Positions 15,960-25,106 of a stretch of 25,181 nucleotides of DNA are shown here, piece by piece. The DNA comes from a virus (lineage: Duplodnaviria; Caudoviricetes). The first letter of the stretch is position 1, and each line of letters starts with the position of its first letter. Under the pieces are notes generated by a model. The model saw only the letters and a list, made by a program, of their open reading frames with translations, did no database searches and had not been told where the DNA came from. Made by a program: the position numbers and the translations under genes. The stretch is taken from the IMG/VR virus record IMGVR_UViG_3300049138_000179, positions 1 to 25,181 of that record; one strand, given 5' to 3'.

Positions 15960-16465
15960 ACGTCCACCTCGGTCATGTTGAGGTTCCAGCAGGCCCGCCA
16001 CAGCCGCCGCCACTGCTGCTCACCGAGCAGCTCGCCCTCGGCGTCGAGCAGCGCCTGCCACGTCTCGTCGCGCAGCTTCGGTTCCACCGTGCTGGCGCGC
16101 ACCAGCGCGGGCAGGAAGGTCTCCCGGTTGACGCCCAGCGCCTGGTCGTCCGGGTGCACGGCGCCGCCGGCCTCCTTGCGGGGCGGGTGCGCGTCGGCCA
16201 GCTCCGACCACCGCTTGCGCGGCAGCGCCCGCAACCGGAACTCGACCGTCGACGCCTCCACCTGCCCGCGCAGGCCCTCCATACGCTCTACCAGCGCGGC
16301 AGTCGCGCCACCGGCCAACCGCGGATCGGCGATGTCCCGGGCCTTTGCCTCCGTCAGCTCCTGGGCGAGGCGCTTCCACTCGGCGACGAGGTCGCCGCGG
16401 GTGCACACCGGCACCCGGTCCTCGGGCAGTCGCGCCCCGGTCAGGATCGCGTCGACGTCGCTCAC
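15884..16465 (-). CDS. Tail assembly chaperone (G segment)
   Basis: Between major tail and tape measure genes. FRLRALPRKRWSELADAHPPR motif; ends ...VDVPFS. Confidence 0.85.
   Translation of the reverse strand: MSDVDAILTGARLPEDRVPVCTRGDLVAEWKRLAQELTEAKARDIADPRLAGGATAALVERMEGLRGQVEASTVEFRLRALPRKRWSELADAHPPRKEAGGAVHPDDQALGVNRETFLPALVRASTVEPKLRDETWQALLDAEGELLGEQQWRRLWRACWNLNMTEVDVPFSVAGLLTTPGSGSESGSPEPSA
15953..15959 (-). promoter_or_regulatory. Programmed -1 ribosomal frameshift site C CCT TTC
   Basis: In-frame X XXY YYZ heptamer (GTC CCT TTC). A -1 slip joins the 15522..16013 frame. Confidence 0.8.
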
Positions 16466-16965
16466 GCGACCACCGCGTCGATGACGACGTCGCCGGTGAC
16501 GAACAGCCGCTGCGTCACGGTGTGCACCGAGTTGGCGCCGTTCCAGTTCTTCATCGGCTCACCAGCGGTGATCGGCCACACGTCGACGATGTCGCTGGCC
16601 GCGTATGCCTGCGCACGGGGCACCCCGTAGCGGGTGACGATGTACCCCGCCACGCCCTCCGTGAGGGTCAGGTACGCCTCGTTGTTCGTCGCGTCGTCCG
16701 GGTTGTGGACGTAGGTGACCGTCAGGGACTTGGACTTGCGGCCGGGCTGCTCGAACGTCTGCGTGGAGGCGATCCGCTCGTCGGTGACGGTGGCCTGCTC
16801 GCCGCTCGGCGCGAACCCGTCGCCGGTGACGTAGCCGGCCAGCTCCTGGGCGCCGACCGCGGACAGCTCCGCCACGGTGGGGGCGGTGCGGTCGGCGATG
16901 GTCGGCACGAAGTCGATGCGGAGGGTGCCGTCCGACGGCACCGAGGTGGGCAGCGGGGACGTCAT
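16462..16965 (-). CDS. Major tail (tube) protein
   Basis: FVPTIADRTAPTVAEL...YIVTRYG...DIVDVWPI, in the expected syntenic position. Confidence 0.88.
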   Translation of the reverse strand: MTSPLPTSVPSDGTLRIDFVPTIADRTAPTVAELSAVGAQELAGYVTGDGFAPSGEQATVTDERIASTQTFEQPGRKSKSLTVTYVHNPDDATNNEAYLTLTEGVAGYIVTRYGVPRAQAYAASDIVDVWPITAGEPMKNWNGANSVHTVTQRLFVTGDVVIDAVVA

Positions 16966-17165
16966 CGGGTCTGCTCCTGACGGTTCGTCGCGGTCTTGGT
17001 CTTCGTGGTCTCGCCGGCCGGCAGGGCGCGGCCCAGCCGGTCCGTCGCGGCGCCGTCCTTCACGATCTCGACACCGCCACGCTCGGCGAGCTGGGCCGCC
17101 CGGCGCGCGCCGACGCTGTACTCGGTGTTCGTGCTCTTGTCGCGGATACGCACCAGGTCCGGCAC
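16962..17165 (-). CDS. Small hypothetical phage protein
   Basis: GAGGAG RBS; ATGA overlap with the major tail gene. Confidence 0.7.
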   Translation of the reverse strand: MPDLVRIRDKSTNTEYSVGARRAAQLAERGGVEIVKDGAATDRLGRALPAGETTKTKTATNRQEQTR

Positions 17166-17191
17166 GACTCCTCCTCAGGTGTGGTGCCGGA

Positions 17192-17599
17192 TCAGCCCGG
17201 CAGGGATTCCAGTCGGTACAGATCCACCTGGTCGACGACCCGTCGGCCGGTGGACTCGTCTACGCGGGCCGGCGGCCCATCGTCGTGCCGGATCGGGAAC
17301 GCTCGCCGGCCCGTCATGGTGGGGACAACGTCGAGCAGCGCCCCCCGCACCCGACCGGCGACCACCCGCGCGGCGGTGTCGTTCGCGCCGACCGAATGGA
17401 TGGTCCCGGTCGCCACCCCGCGGCTCGACAGCATGTCGATGGTCGGACCCAGGTCGTAGCGGACACTCACCCACGCCACCACGTACGGCAGAGCCGTCTG
17501 GGCGTCCGGGTACAGGCCATCCGGCGTCGGGAACACCCGCAGGTTGGGGACGGCCCGCAGTAGGGACAGGAACGCGACTGCGTGCGGATCGTCGCTCAC
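17192..17599 (-). CDS. Tail terminator protein
   Basis: GTG 17599 overlaps the upstream TGA. LPYVVAW...TIHSVGAND...VRGALLD, in the expected position. Confidence 0.75.
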   Translation of the reverse strand: MSDDPHAVAFLSLLRAVPNLRVFPTPDGLYPDAQTALPYVVAWVSVRYDLGPTIDMLSSRGVATGTIHSVGANDTAARVVAGRVRGALLDVVPTMTGRRAFPIRHDDGPPARVDESTGRRVVDQVDLYRLESLPG

Positions 17600-17991
17600 G
17601 ACCCCTCCAGCGCGTCCGCAGCGGCCTTCTCCAGGCCCTCCACGAAGTCCGGCGACCACCGGTCCAGTGCCGGGCCCAGATGCGCGTACGGCGGATTGTT
17701 CACCGTGCCGTACTCCAGGATGTTGCCCAGCGCGCCCTGCCTGCGGTCCTTGTCCGGGCCGATCTCCGCCGAGACGCCGTCGCCGACGCCGCGGTCGGTG
17801 GTGTCGTAGGTGATCGCCCTCGGATAGTCGGGTGCGTGGGCGATGCCGCCGGCGAACCCGGCAGCCGACTTCTTGATGCCGAACGCCGTGAATCGCACCG
17901 CCTTGAGGATGTTGCCGTGGGCGTTGTCCGGCACCTCGTCGAGATGCGCCACCAGGTCGTTGAGGCCGGATGCCGACACGTCGATCTTCAC
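17596..17991 (-). CDS. HK97 gp10-like tail completion protein
   Basis: AEIGPDK...LGNILEYGTVNNPPYAHLGPAL motif. Confidence 0.8.
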   Translation of the reverse strand: MKIDVSASGLNDLVAHLDEVPDNAHGNILKAVRFTAFGIKKSAAGFAGGIAHAPDYPRAITYDTTDRGVGDGVSAEIGPDKDRRQGALGNILEYGTVNNPPYAHLGPALDRWSPDFVEGLEKAAADALEGS

Positions 17992-18386
17992 GAGGTCGCC
18001 TCCTCGATACCGACCCGCCTCGAGGTCGCATGGCTCTTGGCGAACTCGGCCCGCACCGTGAACCGGCGGCCCACCAGATCCGGGTCATGCACGCACGCCG
18101 TGATCCGCACCCGCTGGCCAGCCCGCACACCCGCCGAAGCGAGCACCGGCAACTGGAGCACCCGCGTCAGCATCAGCAGGTCGGCCTCGCCCACCCGCTG
18201 ATCCGACGCCGACGGCGCCGCCTGCTGCACCCGACACCGGCCCGCGTACACCTGCTCCACGGTGTCGACGACCTCACCCGTCTCCAGGTCCGTCGTCGAG
18301 CCCGTCACCGCCTCGATGACGCACTCATCGACCATCAGACGCTCGATCGCGCGGCGCCCGGACGCGAGCAGGATGTCCGCCGACAC
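17988..18386 (-). CDS. Head-to-tail stopper (DUF6093-like)
   Basis: LMVDECVI...VYAGRCRVQ...KSHATSRR, in the expected position. Confidence 0.8.
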   Translation of the reverse strand: MSADILLASGRRAIERLMVDECVIEAVTGSTTDLETGEVVDTVEQVYAGRCRVQQAAPSASDQRVGEADLLMLTRVLQLPVLASAGVRAGQRVRITACVHDPDLVGRRFTVRAEFAKSHATSRRVGIEEATS

Positions 18387-18387
18387 G

Positions 18388-18987
18388 TCAGCCCCCCAAC
18401 GTGATCAGGCCCGCCGACCGGCCGTAGTAGCGGCGCAACCCGTCCCGCAGGTACGGGGCCGCTTCCATGCGCGCCGACATCGCCTCGTACGCCACCGCAT
18501 AGTCGTCGATCTGCTCCCGCACCGTGCCCTTCGGGTTGGCGTACACCGCGCCCGCCAGAGCCACCACCGCCTGCCGGGCCCGCTGCAACTCCTGCGCCCC
18601 CGCCTCGTAGCCGTGGGTGTACTCCACAACCACCTCAGACGGCGCGACGCTGCCCGCCGTCTCCCACGACCCGACCGCCTGCCAGCCCGCCGACCGCCAC
18701 AGCCGATACCCCCGCACGCTGTAGCCCTCACCCGCCGCCAGCACCGTGCCGTCAAGCGTCACGGACGCCACCGACACCACCGGCAACTGCGGCAGCCACA
18801 GCCAGCGGCCCGGGGACGGCTCCAACGTCACCGTGGACGTGGCCCGCACGATCCGCTGCCCGGCGGTCTCCTGCACCACCGCAGTGGCGCACTCGATGAG
18901 CAGCGTCGCCGCCGGCGCGTGCAGGTCGTCCACCTCGACGTGGAGCAGGGCGGCGAGGTCCGCCAGCGACGCCAGTTGGTCCGCCAC
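18388..18987 (-). CDS. Head-to-tail adaptor
   Basis: LASLADL...LPQLPVVSVASV...VEYTHGY...ANPKG...EQIDDY. Confidence 0.8.
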   Translation of the reverse strand: MADQLASLADLAALLHVEVDDLHAPAATLLIECATAVVQETAGQRIVRATSTVTLEPSPGRWLWLPQLPVVSVASVTLDGTVLAAGEGYSVRGYRLWRSAGWQAVGSWETAGSVAPSEVVVEYTHGYEAGAQELQRARQAVVALAGAVYANPKGTVREQIDDYAVAYEAMSARMEAAPYLRDGLRRYYGRSAGLITLGG

Positions 18988-19010
18988 CGGACCTCACCAC
19001 CCCTCCATCG

Positions 19011-19229
19011 TCAGGACTTGCTCGGCGACTTGCTGGCGGTCGTCGTGCCGCCCTTGTAGCCCGACGCCTTCAGCCCTTCGGCCATGTGCTCCGGCACGGT
19101 GACGACCGTCCCAGCCGCTGCCGTCAGCCGTACCGCCTTGCCCTGGTCCACCGGGGCGACCTCCCGCAGCTCCCGCTGCGGCGCGCCCTTCAGGCCACCC
19201 GTCGGGGCCTGCGTCTTCTGCTCAGCCAT
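19011..19229 (-). CDS. Small post-capsid protein
   Basis: GGAG RBS; GTVVTVPE..AE.L...GY pattern. Confidence 0.7.
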   Translation of the reverse strand: MAEQKTQAPTGGLKGAPQRELREVAPVDQGKAVRLTAAAGTVVTVPEHMAEGLKASGYKGGTTTASKSPSKS

Positions 19230-19242
19230 CAGCCCGATCTCC

Positions 19243-20175
19243 TTACGGGGTCACGTTGACGTACTTGACGAAGGCAGCCGTGTCGTTGACCAGCCACCCG
19301 TACTCCGCCTCGGCGCGGACCGCGACGAGGTTGTTCTCCCAGAGGGAGACCAGCGCGCCGTTGATGGTGACCGTGGCCTCGGTCGACACGTCGTAGGAGA
19401 TGCCACCGACGACACCCCACGCTGCCTGCGTCCAGTCACCGCCGTAGCCGAGGATCTTCGCCGCGTCGGTCGTGCCGACGCCCTCACCCATGAACGACGG
19501 ACGGGACAGCAACCGGCCCGGACGGGCGACCGCCGCAGACGTCTCGTCGGTGGGCAGATCGACGTACAGCGGCCGGCCGCTGGTGTCGGTCGCGCCGAGG
19601 ATCAGCGGCTCCATCGTGTCATCGAGCGCGAACCCGGTGAGCTTCTTCCTGTCGTCGACGAGCAGCTTCAGACCCGCAACCAGGTCGCCGTGGATGCCGC
19701 CGTTCGCCTGGGTGGTGGTGCCGACCTCGACCGACTTGGCGGTCTGGTCGATGTAGGTAGTGAACGGGCCGCCGCCGGCTGTGCCGTCCGGGCCGCTGTC
19801 GTGGAAGGCCGCGTTGTCGAATCCGACCGCGAACGCTTCGGCGACCTGCTCGCGGATCAGACTCATGTAGTTGCCCGGGTTGGCCCGAACGACCTCGGCG
19901 GAGACCACGGCGATGACCGAGATCTTCTTCGGATCCATCGTCTTGAGGCCCAGTGCCCCGTTCGAGGCGGGCTTCTGGCCGCCTTCCGCAACCCACCCGG
20001 CGGTGAGCCGGCCGGTGACGACGGGGATGGACACGCCGTTGCCGCCGAGCGGGACCTCGCGGGCGAGGCGCTGGGCAACGGACATGCGGGCGGCACGCTC
20101 GAAAATCGGCTGCGCCTGCGTGCGGTTGAGGAAGCCGGAGAAGTCCGACGTCTTGGTTGCGGCGGTGATCGCCAC
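19243..20175 (-). CDS. Major capsid protein (HK97 fold)
   Basis: AGWVAEGGQKP...MDPKKISVIAVVSAE...SLWENNLVAVRAEAEYGW. Confidence 0.95.
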   Translation of the reverse strand: MAITAATKTSDFSGFLNRTQAQPIFERAARMSVAQRLAREVPLGGNGVSIPVVTGRLTAGWVAEGGQKPASNGALGLKTMDPKKISVIAVVSAEVVRANPGNYMSLIREQVAEAFAVGFDNAAFHDSGPDGTAGGGPFTTYIDQTAKSVEVGTTTQANGGIHGDLVAGLKLLVDDRKKLTGFALDDTMEPLILGATDTSGRPLYVDLPTDETSAAVARPGRLLSRPSFMGEGVGTTDAAKILGYGGDWTQAAWGVVGGISYDVSTEATVTINGALVSLWENNLVAVRAEAEYGWLVNDTAAFVKYVNVTP

Positions 20176-20198
20176 GGTTGGCTCCTATCGGGAGGGCA

Positions 20199-20732
20199 TC
20201 ATGCGATGCCGAGCTTCTGCTTGAGGCTGTCCAGCAGCGGATCGCCGTTGAGCGCCATGTGGTCGTTCGCCCCCGAACCCTGTGACAGGTCGGGACGCGG
20301 CCCAGGCCTGCGCGTCGCCTCCTCAACCGGCGCCGGGGCCAGCCGGGCGACCGCCTTGTCGATCGCCGTCGTGTCCACGTCACCGTCTTCGGTGAGGAAC
20401 TTCGCGAGGTTCAGGTCGTCGAGGACGTCGGCGCCGATCCGGCCGGCCGACCGTGCGGCGAACTCCGCGCGCACCAGCCGCTGGCCGACCTCGGCGAGCG
20501 CGGCACTGCGGCCTCGCTGTTCCGCCTCGGCGGCGATCTTCTCGGCCTCCGTCATCCGCTCTGCCTGGAGCTTCTTCAGCTCCTGCGCGGCGGTGGCGTT
20601 GGCCTTGGCCCGCTCCTCCTGCTTGCGCGACAGGCCCTTCCACTTCTCGGCCTCGGCCTGCCAGTCGACCGTTTCGGTCGCCTCCGGCGCCTCGGTGGTG
20701 GTGGGTTCGGTCACGGTGCTGCTCTCGGACAT
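20199..20732 (-). CDS. Capsid scaffolding protein
   Basis: MSESSTV...DWQAEAEKWKGLSRKQEERAKAN...PRPDLSQG. GGGAG RBS before ATG 20732. Confidence 0.88.
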   Translation of the reverse strand: MSESSTVTEPTTTEAPEATETVDWQAEAEKWKGLSRKQEERAKANATAAQELKKLQAERMTEAEKIAAEAEQRGRSAALAEVGQRLVRAEFAARSAGRIGADVLDDLNLAKFLTEDGDVDTTAIDKAVARLAPAPVEEATRRPGPRPDLSQGSGANDHMALNGDPLLDSLKQKLGIA

Positions 20733-20779
20733 GTGGTGCACTCCCGTTTCGGGTAGCCGCCCCGTTGCGGGGCGGAACG

Positions 20780-21670
20780 TCAGGTGATGTAGCCGTGCAG
20801 CCGCAGCAGCCGGATCGCGTCGTCGCGGCCCCGGGCGTCGGCGTAGATCTGCTCCGGCATCAACCGCGGCCGACGACCGGCCGCCTCCGTGGTGAACTTG
20901 CGCTTGCCGACGACCTGCATGCCGCGGCGTGCGTTCACCACCCGAGCCATGTCGGCGCCGTCCCGGATCGCCTCGGCTCCGGCCCGGCCGAACACCCGCT
21001 CCTGCTCGGCGGCCGGCATCGCCTCGAACGCCGCCTTCGGGTCGGTGCGCAGGTCCCCGGCCACGTCCTCCGGGGCCGGGATGTGCCGGCAGTCGCACCG
21101 AGGGTGCCGCTGGAACCCGGCGTTCCACCGGTAGACCCGGCCCGCCAGGATCAGGCAGCGGTCGCACGCGCCGCCAACCACCATCCGTACGTAGCCGGTG
21201 AGCTGGGGACGCACCGTCAACGCCACCCCGTCAGCCACCCGACCGGCGTCGGCGACCTGCGACCGGACGATCATGTCGGCGGTGAAGCGGCCCGCCGCCA
21301 TCGCCCTCGCCTCGCTGGCGCCACCCTTCAGCGCGGTCAGCGCCGTGACCGCCGGCTGATAGAGCAGGCCGGGCAGGTCCCGGCCGTCCGACGCGACCCC
21401 GGCAAACGCCTCCGCGACCACCCGACCCTCCGGCGCGGACTCCATGCCATACGCGGCGAGCAAATCGTCCAGGTAGACGCCCGACGACGCCGCCGCGATG
21501 GCCTGCGCCGACCCGAGCACCTGCACCGCCGCCGGCACGGACGCAGCCCACGACAGGCCGATCTGCTGCCGGTCCACCCGCGCCCACAGCCGCGCCACCT
21601 CGAGGGCGGCCCGGCGGGCCAGAGCGACCTGCCGCCGGGCGTGCCGGGCGGCCACGTCCAGGGCGCCCAC
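20780..21670 (-). CDS. MuF-like minor head protein
   Basis: GYVRMV..GACDRCLILAGR...FQRHPRCDCRHIP, located after the portal. Confidence 0.8.
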   Translation of the reverse strand: MGALDVAARHARRQVALARRAALEVARLWARVDRQQIGLSWAASVPAAVQVLGSAQAIAAASSGVYLDDLLAAYGMESAPEGRVVAEAFAGVASDGRDLPGLLYQPAVTALTALKGGASEARAMAAGRFTADMIVRSQVADAGRVADGVALTVRPQLTGYVRMVVGGACDRCLILAGRVYRWNAGFQRHPRCDCRHIPAPEDVAGDLRTDPKAAFEAMPAAEQERVFGRAGAEAIRDGADMARVVNARRGMQVVGKRKFTTEAAGRRPRLMPEQIYADARGRDDAIRLLRLHGYIT

Positions 21671-21674
21671 CGGA

Positions 21675-23015
21675 TCAGACGCCCTGGCCGGCCGCCCGAG
21701 TCAGCACCCCGACCGGGTCCAGCTCATCCTGCCGGCGGAACTGCTCCCGCAACCGCTCCTGCCTGGCCGGGGAGTACTTCAGGTCGTCCCACGCGCCCTC
21801 ACGCGGCAGGATCCCCGCCTGCGCCAGCTTCACCACCGCGTCGGCCTGCTGCGCCCTCGTCGGCGTCGCCGGATCCCGCCACAACGTCTGCAAACGGCGG
21901 GCCTCGGCGCTCTCCTCGCCGGTCGCGACGTACAGCACCAGCCGCATCGCCTGCTCCCACGCGCCCGACCAGGCGGTCTGCTTCCGCTCACAGCGCTTCA
22001 CCAGCCGCGCCTCCCGCGACCGGATCGCATCCGCCGAGGCGGCGTCGTCGGCAGCCAAGCCGAAGTAGTTCGGCGGCAGGGCCGACACCCCACTGGCCAG
22101 CCGGGCGTAGTGGTCGATCGTCTCCGTCAGGTTCTTCAGATCCGCCGACGGCAGCTGCCCCACCTTCGCGGCATCGTTCGCGAGGGTCCACACCGACGAG
22201 AAGTACGCCTCCCACTTCGTCAGCGGCTGCCCGTGCTGGTCCACGAAGTCACCGGCACTCGCGCCGAGCACAAACCGCTGCGGCACGCTGTGCGTCTCCT
22301 GCGCGAGCTGAAGATTCGTCAGCGAACGGGCCGCGGCGTCGGTCAGCGGGATGACGTCCTTCATCTCCGACACCCCGCCCCGGTTCGACGCCCGGGCCCG
22401 GTTCACCACCGGCACGACCGGCACGACGCCCATCCGGTGGTCGTCGCGGTCCACGTCCACCCAGCGGCCCGCCGAGCCGCTCCAGGACAGCCAAACGGTG
22501 GCGTCCGGGAGGTAGAGGGTGCCCCGCTGGGCGCGACCGTTCTGCACGTCGTACAGCCGAAGCGCCCCGGCCACCGCCCGCCGCCGGGCATCCATCTCGT
22601 GCACCAGCTCGAACGGCGACTCCACCGTCACCAGCGGCGTGCCCTCGTCATCCTCGTTCGCGCCGACGCAGATGTACGAGCGGCTGTAAATCAGGGCGTC
22701 GAGGTGGGCAAGCTGCGACTCCTCGTCGAGGTTGTTGTCCTGCCAGACCCGCCACAGCTCGTCGTCGGCCTCGTCCACGCCCGGAAAGCGGAAGCCCTCG
22801 ATGTCGAGGCGCTCCTCCACCCCGTCGGCGGCCATCCTCGGCCAGTTCACGACGGTCAGGAACTGCTGCAACGACGGCGGCACCGCCAAGCCGAGCTGCC
22901 GTAGCCGCTGCTCACCCTCGTAGTAGGCGTGAGCCGCCCGCAGCGCCGGCTCGGCGTCCATCAGCTTCTGCTCCAGGCGGGTGACCGCGGCGGACTCGTC
23001 AGCGGACAGTGCCAC
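21675..23015 (-). CDS. Portal protein (SPP1 gp6-like)
   Basis: YYEGEQ...VVNWPRM...ERL.IEGF...WQDNNLD...WRDPATPT. GTG 23015 fits the GAGG RBS best; alternative start 23024. Confidence 0.93.
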   Translation of the reverse strand: MALSADESAAVTRLEQKLMDAEPALRAAHAYYEGEQRLRQLGLAVPPSLQQFLTVVNWPRMAADGVEERLDIEGFRFPGVDEADDELWRVWQDNNLDEESQLAHLDALIYSRSYICVGANEDDEGTPLVTVESPFELVHEMDARRRAVAGALRLYDVQNGRAQRGTLYLPDATVWLSWSGSAGRWVDVDRDDHRMGVVPVVPVVNRARASNRGGVSEMKDVIPLTDAAARSLTNLQLAQETHSVPQRFVLGASAGDFVDQHGQPLTKWEAYFSSVWTLANDAAKVGQLPSADLKNLTETIDHYARLASGVSALPPNYFGLAADDAASADAIRSREARLVKRCERKQTAWSGAWEQAMRLVLYVATGEESAEARRLQTLWRDPATPTRAQQADAVVKLAQAGILPREGAWDDLKYSPARQERLREQFRRQDELDPVGVLTRAAGQGV

Positions 23016-23027
23016 GGCCACCACCTC

Positions 23028-23609
23028 TCATCGGAACACGACCACCCTGCGGTCAACGGGCTTGCCCCAGCCGGCCACTCGGGCGTCGGCGGCGGCTTCG
23101 TGGGCGAGGATCGACGCCATCGCCATATCGATCTTCTGATGCTCGTTCGGCTTGCCCAGCACGTACTTCTGGCCCGGCTTCGCGACCTTCCGTGCGTTCG
23201 CCACATGCACCTTCGTGATCTCGCAGCCGTCATGCGTGATCGCACCGGTGATCAGGTCCGTCTCCATGCGGCGGATCGCCTCGTACATCTGCGTCACCCG
23301 GTTCGTGCGCCACTGGATGACCCGCTTCTCCCCGAACCGCAGAGCGAACTCGTCGATGTCGGACTCCCAGTCCTCCGGGTCCCAGTACGACCGCTCCACG
23401 TCCAGCGTGGTGAACAGCTCGTCGACGGCGGCACGGACCTCGCCGCGGGGAATCTCGCCGCCCCACTGCGCCGGATCCCACACCGTCGGGCGCCGGTCCG
23501 GGCCGTAGCGGGGCGTGAACTGGAACCCGTCGAGCGTCTCCGCCCGGATGCCGGTCCAGTCGTTGTTCAGCGAACCGTCGAACCCGAGGCACACCTGCTG
23601 GCGGCTCAT
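23028..23609 (-). CDS. terL: Terminase large subunit, nuclease domain (separate gene)
   Basis: MSRQQVCLGFDGSLNNDWTG (RNase H-like Asp)...YWDP...KIDMAMA. ATG 23609 overlaps the upstream TGA. Confidence 0.88.
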   Translation of the reverse strand: MSRQQVCLGFDGSLNNDWTGIRAETLDGFQFTPRYGPDRRPTVWDPAQWGGEIPRGEVRAAVDELFTTLDVERSYWDPEDWESDIDEFALRFGEKRVIQWRTNRVTQMYEAIRRMETDLITGAITHDGCEITKVHVANARKVAKPGQKYVLGKPNEHQKIDMAMASILAHEAAADARVAGWGKPVDRRVVVFR

Positions 23610-24646
23610 GCCGGCACCGCCAGCGACTCCCACAGGCCCTCACGCAGCCACGAGCCCTGCCCGTAGACCAACTTGTTGCCGAAGAACCGCTCAGCCTGCG
23701 CCGGATCCCGCTCCAGCATGTCCGCCGCCTCAGCCTCGATGCTGTCGAGGTCGACGTGCCCGCCGTTCTCCTTCAACGCCTCCCCGTACACGTACCGGTG
23801 GATGCGGCGCCGCTCCTGCTTGTTGCGGTACGACAGGTTGCTCGGTGGCTGCCGGAACTGCCGGTAGATGTCCTGCGCCTGCGACTCGAACTGCAACTGC
23901 GCCACGGACTGCTCCGCCGGGTCCCACGCGTTCGTCGTCAGGCTGGCCCGGCCGCCCATGCCGGCCAGGCCGCGGTACTGGGTGTCGGCGACGTGCAGCA
24001 TCCGGTTCGCCTTCGTCCACAGCCCCACCTCGTCCTGCGGCACGAACGTCACCCGCTGCCCCAGCCGCGACTGCGCCGACGAGGTGACCGTGTCGATCCG
24101 GCCGCCACCAGGCAGGCGGATGAACTCCTCGCCCGTCTTCGGGATCAGGTCCGCAAGCGGCCCCAGGTCAATCATCGGCCGCAGCGCGCCGTAGATGTTG
24201 TCGGTCTGCTCCTCCGACAGCGCGGTGATCTGGATCAGCGGCGTCGGCCACGGCATGCCCATCGGCTCACCCGGCTCGTACGGGTACTCCCAGCCGCAAC
24301 CGCAGCCGTGCTCAGCGCAGACGTACCCGTCGTCGGCCCCAGCCCATCCGGCGAACAGTGCCGGGCCGGCTCCCTCGAGGCAGATGTGCGCCGCCGACAG
24401 CGGGCCCTTGCCCTTCTTCTGCGGATCCACCAGCAGGCCACGCCGGTATACGAACGCTGGCCCCAGGATCGGATCGTCGGGCTGCCAGCGGGCACTGCCG
24501 CGCACCAGGTAGAAGTTCGCCAGGTAGGTGAACTGGAAGTCGTACAGGGCGAACGGCCGGCCGCGGCGGAAGCCGTCAGGGATGACGCAGTGCCGGGGAA
24601 TCCAGTCGAGCGCGACCGCCAGAGGTTGTGGGCTACGCCCCGCCAC
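23606..24646 (-). CDS. terL: Terminase large subunit, ATPase domain (separate gene)
   Basis: Walker A-like PQKKGKG, IQITA.SEEQTDN, Walker B FVPQDE, TTNAW, and ERFFGN. Confidence 0.9.
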   Translation of the reverse strand: MAGRSPQPLAVALDWIPRHCVIPDGFRRGRPFALYDFQFTYLANFYLVRGSARWQPDDPILGPAFVYRRGLLVDPQKKGKGPLSAAHICLEGAGPALFAGWAGADDGYVCAEHGCGCGWEYPYEPGEPMGMPWPTPLIQITALSEEQTDNIYGALRPMIDLGPLADLIPKTGEEFIRLPGGGRIDTVTSSAQSRLGQRVTFVPQDEVGLWTKANRMLHVADTQYRGLAGMGGRASLTTNAWDPAEQSVAQLQFESQAQDIYRQFRQPPSNLSYRNKQERRRIHRYVYGEALKENGGHVDLDSIEAEAADMLERDPAQAERFFGNKLVYGQGSWLREGLWESLAVPA

Positions 24647-25106
24647 CGGAGATCGCCTTCAACCGGTCCCGAGCGGACGGCGCCGACGGAGCGGTGTCGG
24701 CCTGCTTGTCGGCGCGCTTCGCGGCCACCTGATCCGTGGCGATCTTCCAGCCGTTCTCCTTCAAGCCGGCCGGCGTCATGCCGATCTGGTCGGCCAGCCG
24801 CACCACCACGTTGCCCAGCGCCGCCCCAGCCTCCGGGTCCTCCATCCGCACCGACCAGCGCACCCACAACGCCACCGTGCGGTGCCGCCACCCCTGCATC
24901 GACCAGGCCGCAGCCTGCGGCGTGCGCCACGCCTGCGCCCACACCTCCAGCTCACGAACGGCGGGGGCCGGCAGCGGGAAGTCAGGGATCTCACCCTGGT
25001 AGCCCTCCGACGGCAACGCCGTCAGCGAGTAGCCCGTCTTGGCCGACTTCAGCGAGTTCTCATCCGGCTGAGGCCCGGACCGGTTACGCGCACCCCCACG
25101 GGACAT
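24633..25106 (-). CDS. terS: Terminase small subunit
   Basis: MSRGGARNRSGPQPD...WRTPQAAAW...IGMTPAGLKENGW...SARDRLK. AAGGAG RBS. Confidence 0.88.
   Translation of the reverse strand: MSRGGARNRSGPQPDENSLKSAKTGYSLTALPSEGYQGEIPDFPLPAPAVRELEVWAQAWRTPQAAAWSMQGWRHRTVALWVRWSVRMEDPEAGAALGNVVVRLADQIGMTPAGLKENGWKIATDQVAAKRADKQADTAPSAPSARDRLKAISGGGA

Noticed and set aside
13722-16484. 920-aa plus-strand ORF and other long antisense ORFs (e.g. 1900..3267, 19084..20787, 20453..22354)
   Set aside because: Shadow frames of real minus-strand genes in high-GC DNA, with no recognisable motifs.
23590-23640. terL as a frameshifted pseudogene
   Set aside because: The break falls at the domain linker with an ATGA overlap and both halves keep their catalytic motifs. 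Not fully excluded without reads.
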